Of a stretch of 64,000 bases of DNA, positions 12,991-25,679 are shown one piece after another. The notes under the pieces are model-generated. The model did not search any database, was not told the DNA's origin, and saw nothing but the letters and a program-made list of their open reading frames with translations. The DNA is taken from positions 75,826,001 to 75,890,000 of the forward strand of contig OZ024745.1 in assembly GCA_964016885.1 (NCBI GenBank). Direction: 5' to 3'. The number at the start of each line of letters is the position of its first letter. The first letter of the stretch is position 1. The DNA is from Eledone cirrhosa. Taxonomy: Eukaryota. The position numbers were made by a program, and so were the translations under genes.

Positions 12991-13762
12991 CCAACAGTAG
13001 TAACTAACATACTAAACTACAGCTAATATCCTCTCTGGTGCTTGTGTCATGATAAAATGTACCTCATACACTCTGTTAAGTAGTTGGCATTAGGAAAGGC
13101 ATCCAGCTATAGAAACCATGCCAAAAGAATAGGACTCTTCAGTTGCGTCAAGGACATAACAGCTTCTCTCATGTTGGTGCTATGATAAAATACACCATGT
13201 ATGCTCTGTAAAATGGTTGGCATTAGGAAACGCATCCAGCTGTAGAAATCATGCCAAAATGAAACATATCTGAGTGAGATGTGCTCCTCTGACATGCTTC
13301 AGTTAAGTAGACTTCATCTGTAACAAATCATTCAACACATGCCAGCATAGAAAAGTGGATGTAAAATGATGAAAGTTTAAATTGAGAAAAAATTAAGAAA
13401 AAAACAAAACTTTGTTATAAAAAAAGAAAATTCCTTTACATTACTCTATATTTACTATTGTATTTTCACAATAAAGGCTTTATCTTACATAATTATTTCA
13501 TATAATATTGAATCTATGAGATTTTTATGTTATTTATTTTGAGAACAATACCTTAACATCAGTATGAGGGGCTGGTTACAGCCGGTTTGAACAAAAAGAG
13601 GTGAGAGAATTCTGGCCGGATATGGCTAGTTTAAATGCTGAAGGGTTAAAGAAATTGACTAGAATAAATATAATTGTTGATGGACCAATATTGTTATACA
13701 TGCAAAGACAGATGTAAAATGATGATGATATCTATATATATATATATATATATATATATCAC

Positions 13763-13964
13763 CTTTCTTGATATTCTTCATGTGTAAATGGTGGCAGTTG
13801 ACTTTTATTAAATTCTTCTCTTCTTTTCAATTTAGCTTCAGAAATTTTTTCATCTTCTAATTGATAAAAGTTACAGTTCTTGCGATCTCTACAAGCTGAA
13901 CATGCATAAAATCTCTTGCTTGATTTCCCACCAGAGATATAACGTTCAAATAGTAATGTTGGTC
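13763..13964 (-). CDS. ZCCHC4: ZCCHC4 coding exon 2
   Basis: ttgtag| GPTLLFERYISGGKSSKRFYACSACRDRKNCNFYQLEDEK...YQE AG|GTGATA; ZCCHC4 signature FYACSACRDRK.C; 202 nt. Confidence 0.95.
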
Positions 13965-14479
13965 CTACAAAAGAACATATAAAGAATGTTTTTTAAATAT
14001 GTCATGGAAAATGTGTCTCGGTTGAGACTGAGGTCACCATAGATGTGATGGAAAGCAATGTGGCAAATTTAAGAATTAAAGAAGCATTAATTATAAACAC
14101 AGAAACCATTAATGAACAACATAACTAAACTACATGGTGCAGAGTGGCTTTTATGACTGCTTCATGCATGCACAATCCACACACACAACACAGGAAAGAT
14201 CTGTTAGAGAAAGACGCAACATTTTTCTTTAGAAAAGTTTATTTACCTTGAAATATTATAAAATATACTAGGTAAAAAAAAATTATTTGTTTTATTTGTC
14301 ATCCTTTACCCTAATACCACCTTTATATATATATATTTCTACTGCATTATACTGGCTTTCTGAAGTTCTTATCACTTATTACATATCTCACAATACTTCA
14401 TATTAACTATACTGCTGTGTATATATATATACATATATAAAACAACCAGTCAGTGAATACGAAATGAATGGGACTTTTT

Positions 14480-14760
14480 CTACTTGTACACTTTGTGCCT
14501 GTCAGAAGCTGGACTTCAATGAGAGCACACAATAGGACACTTCCTACTGACTTCAGAACATACCAACCAGTTCACACTTATCAATGCCACATATGTCACA
14601 AAATATGCAAATCTAAAGGTATTAAGAGACATTTCAAGCTTCACCAAGATGAGACAACTCAAGCAGTTGAAACTACAGCGAAGCTAAAATGCAATTTTTG
14701 TGGACATTTAAAAAGTTTGTCTGGTCTAAAAAAAAAGCCATATATGTTCTCATGCCATAA
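14480..14760 (+). mobile_element. LINE ORF2 C-terminal C2H2 zinc-finger fragment (probable)
   Basis: YQCHICHKICKSKGIKRHFKLH and CNFC motifs without splice support, inside ZCCHC4 intron 1, antisense. Confidence 0.45.
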
Positions 14761-15199
14761 CTGAGCTCCATGTACATTGAGGTGGTAAAGCTTTGTATTG
14801 AGCAGACAACCGTCATACACACACACACATACATATATTCACCTTTTGTTTTCACAGCTATTTTTGCCTCTGTAGATAGACATAATCAGTGCACAGTTCC
14901 TCTCTTTTTTCCTATAAATTAACAACACTAGTCAAGCTAGCTGCTAAGTCACTATCTAATGACACTTGATGACAACAGGCTACCTTACCCTCGGTCTCAG
15001 TTTCATTGGCATTGCCAACATTTCTTTCATGCCCTCAACAAACTTCTCCTCAACACACCAGAGCCTGCTGCAGTCATGGAACTCAGAGCAGTCTACGTGA
15101 CTTGGAGCCAACTCAAACTCTACTCTGTGAAAATCGTGTCTCCTTAATGCAAATGGAACACAATCTAGTGTGATTAAGTTTTAGGCAAACTTGTGCCCC

Positions 15200-15920
15200 T
15201 GCTTAACCAGCACCTAGCATGTTTCAGTTCTGCCTCTCAACTCAATAAAGTGCCGGGATAAACACCATACCTATGCTGTCAACTGGAACTCAGGTAGACA
15301 GCAACTGTCAATGCATCAGTGTTTCTCTGAGGTTGATGCTCAACTTGCAGATCTATGAGCAACATAAATGTGAGCAACATAAATGCCATTGAGGATCCAT
15401 GGCGACACTTTCAGCCTTCACTCAATCTCATCCAGTCACAATGCCAGTTACCTCCCTTGCAATCACAGTGCCAGTTACCTCCCATGTCATGTTGCTCTCA
15501 ATGTAATCATTAGGCATGGTTTGAAATTTGCTATCTTCCGTCCGCAACTTGCATCGGTGGGGTTAGGACGAGGGGATGGTAAAAGACCAGATAGCATCAC
15601 AATCCTCTCAATCTGTAATGGTAAACCCTTTATCTGGGACACGACATACAACGATACTTTCTCCAGCAGCAACAGACCTAGGTTCTGTTGCCCGATAAGC
15701 TGAAGGTCGCAAGCTTTTGAAATATTGGTCGCTTTGGGATGGGTTATTCATTGAACCTATAGCAGTGGAAACTTCTGAGGTTCTTGATCCCTGAATCACT
15801 TTCCTACTCACTGTATCAGGGCAGAATTGATGATCCGCAGGAGTAAATCCCACGAGTTGGAATGGTTATTCGAATGTATCTCCCTTACTATCCTCTGGGG
15901 TAATAGTTTCTCTATTATAT
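15200..15920 (+). mobile_element. CRE-like non-LTR retrotransposon 3' fragment (restriction-like endonuclease)
   Basis: GLGRGDGKRPDSIT...GKPFIWDTT, FIEPIAVETS, EWLFECISLTILWGNS motifs. Confidence 0.75.
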
Positions 15921-16503
15921 CCTTCACTTTCTCTATTCTATATTTTGGTACGTCAGAAAGCGTTCTCCAGGAATCTATCACTGAAGTTGCAATGGTACAC
16001 GTTGCTCATATTTATGCTTACACACACACACACTGAGTTGATAACTGAAATTAAATGTCAATGATAATAAATCTCAGTATTACTGATAAGTTAGTAGTTA
16101 TATATTATTTTACACGCACATATACTATCAACAACTTGGTTAATGTACGATTTTGCTACATATGTAAATCAGCAACCACTATAAGCAAGTTTTATAGAAC
16201 GATGCTCAGATTCCAGCATCGAGCCATGTCGAACTCAGCGACAGAAATATATTTGATAATTCACATTTCATTATGATATTCTAAATTTTGACTAAAATGC
16301 GTGTGTCAAAGCTATATCTAAATTTATATATTTAAAAACATGATGGGTCTCTTCGGACTATGAGATCCTTGGCTTGTGCGCACGTGTAAATCCGGCACTA
16401 ACGCTCCTAGTCTATAAGACACAGTCCATGGTATAAAATCCTAACACAATTGTAGAACCAAAGGAATTATTTTTTCTGAGTAAAAAGAAAAGAAAAATAT
16501 TAC

Positions 16504-16579
16504 CATGTGGACAGTGTGGCGCGTTAGCGGCAGTAGAATCATCTAATACAACATCAATATTGTTTACATTTGCTGCCAT
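16504..16579 (-). CDS. ZCCHC4: ZCCHC4 (rRNA N6-adenosine methyltransferase) first coding exon
   Basis: aagATGG; MAANVNNIDVVLDDSTAANAPHCPH G|GTAATA; begins the GRF-type Zn finger (CPHGP). Confidence 0.88.
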
Positions 16580-16689
16580 CTTAGCTGTAAGAAATAGTTA
16601 TTGTATATGTCTACAGAGTATGGGGCTATGACAGGCTGGCCTTCAGCTGAACATTTACTACTACTACTAATACTAATATTTTTTTCTTC

Positions 16690-18060
16690 TTTTTCCTGAA
16701 AGAGTCGTGGGAAGCAGAGTCCTCAAACACTCCTTCCAGCTGGTCCTGTCAGAAGCAACCGTCTCCAACTGATAAGGCTAGATCCCCAAGCGAGACAAGC
16801 TAAGCTCATGGATGTTATTAAACCATCTGGATCTCCTGCCGATTGGTTTGGCAGTAAAATCTGTCCAGCGATTCTTTCCTGAGACATTCTAACCACATGC
16901 CCATAGTATCGAAGATGTGATCTCCAGCTGGAGTGACTCACTGATCTCCGAGCTACGCACTCTATCGAGTAACGTTACTCCAACGACCCTTTGGAGGAAC
17001 TCTATTTTGGCCACTTGTATTCGTGATCGTATTCTTTCGGTCATTACCCAAGATTCATGACTATAGGTAAGGGTTGACATGAATACAGAATTGGGCGATA
17101 TCCAATTTTAGCTGTCTAAATGCCGCTTACTTGCTGCAGTTGCTGCTTACTTCAATGTATGAGGCTATTCCAACAAATTTACATTCCCCTTTTTTTTAGC
17201 CGTTAAAAGAAATATAGATTTATTTATTTTTATTTTTTTGCGATTTATTTGCCACTGGGGCATAGATTTCTTTATTTGCCCCTTTTTTGTTTGTTTGTTT
17301 TTTTGCGATTTATTAGCCTTTTGGGGTCACACACACACCCGTAGAAAGTGTGCGACCTTTCTGCCAGGGAGTACAGAGAGAGCGGGGTGCTCCCTTCTTT
17401 TACCTGTACAAGCCGATATAGAGAGATGGCCCACTTACACGGGCCATTATTGCTACTTTCACCCATCTTTCATGGAATTGGCTGGGACTGGTGCCTTTTT
17501 CGGGTGAAAGTAGCAATAATGGCCCGTGTAAGTGGGCCATCTCTCTATATCGGCTTGTACAGGTAAGAGAAGAAGGGAGCACCCCTCTCTCTCTGTACTC
17601 CCTGGCAGAAAGGTCGCACCCTTTCTACGGGGGGGGGGTGACCCCAAAAGGCTAATAAATCGCAAAAAAACAAACAAACAAAAAAGGGGCAAATAAAGAA
17701 ATCTATGCCCCAGTGGCAAATAAATCGCAAAAAAATAAATAAATAAATCTATATTTCTTTTAACAGCTAAAAAAAGGGGGAATGTAAATTTGTTGGAATA
17801 GCCTCATACATTGAAGTAAGCAGCAACTGCAGCAAGTAGGCGGCATTTAGACAGCTAAAATTGGATATCGCCCAGAATTGAAGATTGTGAGTTTGGATTT
17901 TACATTTACCTCCTTTCTAATTACCGAATGCTGAAGTTGGTGCATTACTGCACCTGCTCCTGCAATTCATGCACTTAATTCAGATTGTTGCCTTCCATCA
18001 CTCATGAACATGATCGCAAGATACTTGAACTTCTCCAAGTGCAGGCTCCCTTGAAAGAAT
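16690..18060 (-). mobile_element. RTE-clade LINE 3' fragment split by the foldback element
   Basis: TLTYSHESWVMTERIRSRIQVA...LRYYGHVVRM post-RT motif; same family at 5720-5950, 36770-37210 (+), 39700-40140 (-). Confidence 0.8.
17094..17872. mobile_element. Non-autonomous foldback DNA transposon, Merlin-like
   Basis: About 371-bp near-perfect inverted arms (17094-17464, 17502-17872), 37-nt spacer, GG...CC termini, 8-bp direct repeat cagaattg at 17086-17093 and 17873-17880; interrupts an RTE relic. Confidence 0.85.
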
Positions 18061-18639
18061 GAGTGCTCAGTTTTCGTTGCACTGATTTTTTTATTCTGAA
18101 CATTTACATAACATTGCAAAAAAAAATTTCAAAATCAAAATGGTTGTATCAAAATATTTACTATAATTCATTATCATCACTCTTTAACGCCCATTTTTCC
18201 GCACTAGCATGGGTTAAACAGGTTGTCCTGTTTGAGGAAAGTTGGGTCCAATGACTGTGTCTTGCTCATATAGAACTGTTTCTGACTAGATTTCTACAGC
18301 TGGATGCCCTTACTAATGTCAACCACATTTACAATATGTGCTGGGTGCTTTCTGTCATGTCGCCATCATGACCACTTTACAGTGTGGGCTGAGTGCTTTT
18401 TCTTGTGACACCTACACAACCACTTCATAGTGTGGGCTGGGCGCTTTTTGTCATGTTGCCATCACGACCACTTTACAGTGTGGGCCGGGGGCTTCACTAG
18501 ATGTGTGCTAAAGCCTGTCCGTTTATTTAGTTGTTTATTTGTTGTTCTATTATTTATTGTTTGACTATAGACTCGCAAGTGCCAGTTAGCCAATTGGCAT
18601 TCTATTTGATTAAAATGTTTTATATGATGGTAGATATTT

Positions 18640-19750
18640 TTTGTTGCATCACTTTATTTCTAAATTCCAGGGAAACGCCTTCTCTATTCTGTCCGCCAGG
18701 GCCACCATTTGCAAACACATGACACAGCACATGGGGTCGCTGCCCCAAAAGTATACTGATGTTGCACATGCCACCCCAACAAAAAGGAGACAATATGCAT
18801 ATACAGGTGCAATACAGACTGCGACAGCAGTCTTATTTGGAAATGTCAGAGAAGATTGTAGGACAACTTACCAGGGTATATCGTTTTCAGAGCCAAAGTC
18901 ACTCACACCAACACTCAAGACCATCACAATCAAGGCACCTAGAGTAGCTGCCGCTGACACCAACCAAAGTGCCATATCAACAGCCACTGCTGACACCCCA
19001 AATGTCACACCATTGCTGCTGTTGAATGTCAGAGAACTGGTGAAACTCACCAACATGAGAAAAATTCCCTACTGAGAGACCTAACCACAAGCAATCAAGC
19101 AATATGCATGGCACTAACTGAAACACACCTGACAACTAGTATAGCAGATGCCAAAATGCACATACCAAGTGTGCTTTATTTTGTACTGACAGCAGGAACA
19201 GAACTCATTATCGAGTTGGTTTGTACATCTGATGTCACACCCATTGTACTGTTAACACATTTCAACTCAGTCTGTGACACACTCATAGTACATGTAAATC
19301 AACTCAAAATGGTAATAAGTGTCATATATCTGCCACCTGAAGATAGCCTCAGAAAGATGGAAGAAGTGCTTGACGAACTGGATCAGAGTTTCAACATACT
19401 GCTGCTGGGAGACTTTAACCTACCCAAGGTCAAATGGCCTGAGGGACACCTCCTCTCAGGCATGACAGCACTCGAATAGAGACAGGCATAGTCCCTACTA
19501 GACCTCACAAACAGGCTGTTCATGGAACAAGTAGTACTCCACCCAACAAGAGATGAGAATGTCCTGGATCTCCACTTTTTGTGCTCACCCACAATGTAAA
19601 GGTAACACCAACGATATTCTCGGATCATAACATAGTAGAACTAATAATATATGGTCCAAAGGAATCAGTAGAGATGCAACCAATAGGAAGCACTGGGAAT
19701 CTATCCAGCCTAAACTTTCACAAGGCTGTCTATCCACTGGATAGAACTGG
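18640..19750 (+). mobile_element. CR1/L2-like LINE fragment (ORF1 end plus APE endonuclease)
   Basis: LLLLNVR, ALTETHL, VIYLPP, LLGDFNLP, PTRDENVLDL, SDHNIV motifs. Confidence 0.85.
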
Positions 19751-20237
19751 TCATTCTGTTTAGTTAATCATGATGTAATAGTACGAAAAGCACTCTACAT
19801 TACACAACTCATCCATCATTGATGTTGAATCCTGTGGTTGGTGCAGGAACAGAGTTAAATATTACTTTGATTAAAATAACAGGAGGCCAGACTGGTGATG
19901 TTTCTTTAAAGGTTTATTGTTGCAAAAAACACTATATATATATTTAAAATGACCGGGTTACGTAAGATCCTGGAGACATCATCAGGTGCGGATTGCATAA
20001 TTAGTTTATCACTAAAAGAGTTACGGCAAACACAAAAAGAAAATATTGAAAAAATATTTGATTCAGAGATGGCCTGCGACCTAGTTATTATTGGTCTGCG
20101 GCAACAATAATACCTGGTCACGGGCCATCTCCGAATCAAATATTTTCTGTTATTATATATATATAGAGAGAGAGAGAGAAAGATATACACATATATATAT
20201 ACACACACACACCCACATATATGTATGTATGTATATA

Positions 20238-21873
20238 CAGTAGCAATCAAAATAAGAGAACGATAAATTAACTTTTCATTATTTTTCTTATTTGACAAAA
20301 TTTTTCCTTTAAAATTTGAAAGGATATTTGTAGCATACATATCTGTCTTATGCTAAAATATTTTCTAAATAATCAAGGGTATAAACAAGATATTATTTTT
20401 TTTTAAATTACTGTAATCAAAATAAGAGAACTCTAGTGATTTTATTTATATTTTAGAGTAATTGCCTGGATTTTAATAATAAAGATAATAATGAAATTAT
20501 TGTGTAGTACTCAGGTGCACTACAACTCATCAAAGGTGCATGTATAGTACATAGAATAATGTACAAATGTCAGGAAAGTGAACAGTGTATGAGTTATGAT
20601 ATACATGCGTGCATGTGTACAGATGCAGAATATCAGGTGTAGTGTTGACAAAATATCTGGCAATACTTGTCAACAGGGTCACGTTACCAGTATGTTCCAT
20701 TTTCCTATCAACTCTCGCAAGAGTAACTGAAGCCCTCTCATATAAAGTCGTTCAGATGAAAAATGATGGTCTCTCTCTCTCGGTCATTAAAGGGGAAGTT
20801 AGCTATTCTAAAAGTCTAATAGCAAGGATATGGAAATTGCATAATGAAACCAACTCATTCACGTCTACAAAGAAGGCTGGTTGTCCATGTAAAACAAGTC
20901 AACAAGTAGACTGCATAATCCACAGAATTTCTATCAGGAACTACTTCAACACAGCAGCTGGAATATCTCGACAAATCTGTGCTAATTTGGGCAAGAAAGT
21001 GTCTCAGTGTAGTCTCTCGTCATCTGGCAGAAGTTGGATTGAAAGCCCACTCCCCAGCAATCAAACCTCTTATCAGGAATAAAAATAAAATTGTAAAACT
21101 GGGGAAAGGCTTTCTAAGTGTGTCAAAAAGTCTGTAAAATTCGGAGGAGGCAGTGTCATGGTTTGGGAAATGTTCTCAGCAGCCGGAGTGGGGCCTCTCA
21201 TGCTTAAATGGTACTGTTAATGCTAATGTGTACCAGAACTTCTTTCAGCAACATGCCATTCCCTCTTTATGGGCTTCTCCAAATCAACCAGCCTTTTTAT
21301 GCCAGATAATGCTCCATACCATACTGCAAAATGAGTGAAAAAAAATTCTCGAAGATGAGGAAATAGAAGTTTTGAAATAGCCAGCCCAGAGTCCCAACTT
21401 AAATCTAATCAAGCACCTTTGGAATATCATTGGGGACAACGTCATGGCGAAAAAACCAGCAACAACCACTGAATTATGGAAGAAAGTGGAGGAAGAGTCG
21501 AATAATATCACTCCAAAACTGTGCAACATGATGGTGACTTCATGTGGACATAGATGTACTAAAGTAATCGAAAGCAAGGGCCTCTACACTTCCTATTAAT
21601 GTTTGAGAAGGCATAAACCCTAGATTGTAGACCAATTCTCATGTTTAATTATGTTTTCATTTTTTCCGCTCTCTTATTTTGATCACAGTATTTTTTTTTT
21701 AATTAAAGGTATATCATTAATATCTTGTTAATAACCTTGATTATTTAGAAAATATTTTAGCACAAGACAGATATATATATACTAATATTCTTTCAAATTT
21801 TAAAGGAACAATTTTGTCAAATAAGAGAAATAATGAAAAGTTAATTTATCGTTTTCTTATTTTGATCGCTACC

Positions 21874-21874
<1 letters not shown>
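20238..21874 (+). mobile_element. Degenerate Tc1-family transposon with long IR/DR-type TIRs
   Basis: TA|CAGT start, about 190-bp TIRs each with two copies of atcaaaataagaga; broken transposase with FGGGSVMVW and *PAQSPNLNLIKHLW motifs. Confidence 0.88.
20485..20680 (-). mobile_element. CR1/L2-like LINE 3' end nested in the Tc1 element
   Basis: Matches the 3' tail of copies at 43110-43795 and 63052-63300 (gagttgtagtgcacctgag...tttcattattatt). Confidence 0.75.
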
Positions 21875-21910
<36 letters not shown>

Positions 21911-22119
21911 TATTATAGTTTGGGAGGGTCATGCTGTCAATATATACATATAACATAAATTTATATATATACACACATACACATGTGTGTGTATAAGAGA
22001 CAGGAACTCATTACTGTTATTCTATACAACTAAGATGTTTTATTTTACAAGACACCTTATTGTTCTATTGGAAAAGGTAAGAAACATTTTCCATAATCCG
22101 TATTTATATTTTACAATAA

Positions 22120-22860
22120 TGATTCAAGTTATTGTTGATATCCTGCGTGAAAAAGGCGTTGCACGAGAAAGCCTCTTATTAGTATCAGATGCCGTCAAGT
22201 ATATGGTCAAAATAAATGAAATAAGAAAGATGTTTTATCCCAATTGTTGTGCATCTCCTGCGTAACTGCACCCTGGGAGTCAAAGCTTTCTATGAATACG
22301 TGGGCGGTCTCATCTCATCTGTAAAAGCTTCAGCAGTCAAAAATCACACTAGAAAGACCCTTTTTAAAGATATCAAATTACCTCCTGAGCCAATAGTCAC
22401 TCGATGGAACAGTTGGATCGAAGCAGCTGAATATTATGCCAATAATTCACCCTGCGTTTGTGAGATAATCAATGAAGGCGGTATGCTTGTGGAAAAAGCT
22501 AAATGATGTGTCAATTTGCCAACAATAGATGGATGTGAGTTTGACACAGTGTGAGGCTATTTGCCACTGAAGGATTTAATAAAAAAAATTGGAGAGTTCA
22601 CAATATTCAATTGAGGAAACATTTAAAAGTCTCACTGATTTAAATTTTGCCCAAGATCTGTGCCAAATAAAAAACATCTGAGCTCTAGATTGCATGAAAA
22701 CAATCTAGGATGAATTTACGGAATGGAAAACTCATTAATATCTCCCAATGGACTAGTCTCTTGTTTCAGTGTCAACTTACATCAGTGTTCAATGTAGTCT
22801 TTCAATACTTGGTAAAATACTAACTAAAAACAGAGTTTTTCTCCTGAGAACATGAAATTA
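22120..22860 (+). mobile_element. Degenerate hAT-like transposase fragment
   Basis: LLLVSDAVKYMVK and LPPEPIVTRWNSWIEAAEYYA motifs, frameshifted. Confidence 0.6.
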
Positions 22861-23831
22861 TATATTCCAGCAATATATATGTAAATAGTTTTGATTTTAT
22901 AATTTGATGGTGTTTTTTTTTAATATCTTTAGGTCTACATAAGGTCTAAAAATAACAATTTTAAAGTCTAAAACAATTGCCTTAGTAATTAAAAAACAAT
23001 CTCTTAAACTAAAGACAGAAAAGGAGTTGATTATGTTTCCATTAATCTTTCAATTGCCAATACTATCTGCTAGTTACAACTCCTGGCAGGAGGAGGCAGT
23101 TATTGAACTAAAAGCACACAGAATTGGATCAAATATTGCAAAGCATTCTGTCCAACTCTTTAACAAAGCTAAATTGTATATATGAGCTAGTGCCATAAAT
23201 CATTACATTTCTCTCATCCTAAATACTTTTGTCATTACTTAGATGTGCTTAGTGGTGTCAACTGTTTCAGAATTGGGTTTTGTAAATCCTGTCATATTGC
23301 AACTGTTTTAAGAACATAATCATACCATATTGACAGGAATATATTAAAACTACTTATATATAAAAGGATCTTACCAACACTCTACAGAGAATAAATACTA
23401 TTTCAGAATCTCACTTGTTAAATGTTTCATTACATCCAGTTGTAATATTCTAAATAATGTGTACGGTTTTTTTTTAATTATATTTTTCAAAATATCTTTA
23501 AATATCAAACAAATTGACTTTTATTTGCTTAGTTTCTTTCAACTTTATGTCAACATATTTTGTCAAATCAGCTGGATAGATGGTGCAAGAAAAAAAAAAA
23601 AAAATTTCATTACGATACTCATATTTTGGTATTAGCCTAACTTAGTCTTCAGACATTTCAACAAGTTCATAGCATAATAATCAGCTTTATGATTGCTAAT
23701 TTATCATATACCAATGATGTCTCATCTGCAATAAAATCTACTTTTCTTTGTAACTGAAATAAATATAATGGCTATTAGTGTTTTGCTATAAATTTTGTCA
23801 GATAACCAGCTAAACAAGCAGCGGAGACATA

Positions 23832-24047
23832 ATTAACCCTTTAGCATTTAAACTGGCCATATCCAGCCAGAATTTTCTCACCTCTTTCTGTTCAAACCAG
23901 CCCTGACTGGCCACTCATATCAATGATAAGGTATTGTTCTCAAAATAAATAACATAAAAATCTTGTATCTTCGATATTATGTGAGATAAAGCTTTACCAC
24001 AAAAATACAATAGTAAATTTAGACTAATGTAAATGGTAAAGAGTTAA
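23832..24047. mobile_element. Second TTAA-flanked MITE family
   Basis: ttaaccctttagcatttaaac...aaagagttaa; reverse copy at about 13425-13649; copy at 48908-49332 carries a nested insertion. Confidence 0.7.
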
Positions 24048-24494
24048 ACAGTCAGTTAGCCATTAGCTGGTTAATTTAAAACTTATAAACATTATTATAA
24101 TGTATAAATAAATGTATAACAATATTGTAACAAATAGCAATATTGTAATGTATACAGCATTGTAGTACTATTGTAACTACTAGCAAACTTATAATATTGT
24201 AGAATGTATAACAATATTATAACACAACAATATTGTAATTCATAACAATCTTATAACAATATTGTAATTTATAACGAATAGTATAACTTATAAAAATATT
24301 TGAACCTTATCACAAAAGATTTTGAGATTTTCTTCTGGGAACCTGAGAGATTGAGTTTTGTTTTGATTGTCTTTTAAAAATACTTTACTTGCAAGTGTAC
24401 AGGGATACAAAACTCGTGGTCATCTTCAAGTGTAATTTTTTTAATATATTTACTGAAGTAAATAATCTAATTAATAAGAGTGTAAATTTTTTTT

Positions 24495-25007
24495 AACACA
24501 TTTTCAGCACTTTGCTCCCAAAAGAACATGTTATACAACAGCAGATATAATATTTTAGTTATAAAACTTGTCGGCTTCTTTTAGTGTAAATTTGTAGGGG
24601 AAAAATTGTACTTCTCAAATATATATATATTGAAGTATGTCTTAGTTTATAAGACTATATTTTTAGCACAATTTTCAGCACCTTTCCCAGGGAAAAAAAT
24701 TGTACTTTTCAAATATATATATATTGAAGTATATCTTAGTTTATAAGACAGTATATTTTTGCACACAATTTTCAGCACCTTTCTCAAAGAAAAAAATGTA
24801 CTTCTCAAATATATATATTGAAGTATGTCTTAGTTTATAAGACAGTATATTTTTGCACACAATTTTCAGCACCTTTCTCAAAGAAAAAAATGTACTTCTC
24901 AAATATATATATTGAAGTATGTTTTAGTTTATAAGACAGTATATTTTTGCACACAATTTTCACAATAAAAAAAAACATGTTATAAACAAGCAAATATAAT
25001 ATTTTAG
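24495..25007. repeat. 94-97-bp tandem repeat, about 4 units plus related flanks
   Basis: cacaattttca anchors at 24667, 24764, 24858, 24952. Confidence 0.9.
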
Positions 25008-25585
25008 ATGTTCTTTCCTTTACTTGTGAGCAATTAAGACAATTTCAGAGTTGTCTGGCAGGTGAGTTGATCTGAGACTGATGAAACTAAACCAATCGCA
25101 TTGTGACCTTCTACAATGCAATTAAGATAATGTTGACATAAAAATTACAAATAAGTTTCAAATTTCAACAATACAGGAAGAAGATTTAATTTGTATAGGC
25201 AATATGCACCGCATTATGTAAACTTCCCAGTTAAAATATACAAACAATGATTTGCAACAATTTAGCAACAACTTACAGCCAGACAATATTTCTATATTTT
25301 TAGCTGATAGGTTTCAAATTTAATTATTTTAATTACTATTAACAGGGAAAGAATGATTAATTTATTCCCAGAGATGATGATGATGATGATTTCTATGTTA
25401 AAAAGGATATGCACATATACCCTTTTTATATATAGTTTATATTGAAACATTGTGAAATATGTGGTTAGGATGATTTGGGAAACCAGTACAATATCACACT
25501 TCATTTTCTTTCTTTTGAAAAAGGGGTCCTAACCATGAAGTATCACGAAACATAAGGTAAAAGTGTAAACTCTTGTTTTGTTTGT

Positions 25586-25616
25586 TTTATTTTACTCTAG
25601 TTTTCACTCCTTTATT
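25586..25616 (-). terminator. Candidate polyadenylation signals (two AATAAA) for RINT1
   Basis: tttatt on + strand at 25611-25616 and 25586-25591, 65-95 nt after the stop; hexamer is common in AT-rich DNA. Confidence 0.25.
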
Positions 25617-25679
25617 TGTAACTTGCACTGTACTGGCTTTCCCCAAACAACCCTAACCACCTATGTAACCATACTCATT

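Noticed and set aside
14468-14764. Host C2H2 zinc-finger gene
   Set aside because: Second finger is broken, there is no exon structure, and it is more consistent with a LINE C-terminal fragment.
17238-17730. Mirror-image ORFs on both strands
   Set aside because: By-product of the palindrome; no recognisable protein motifs.
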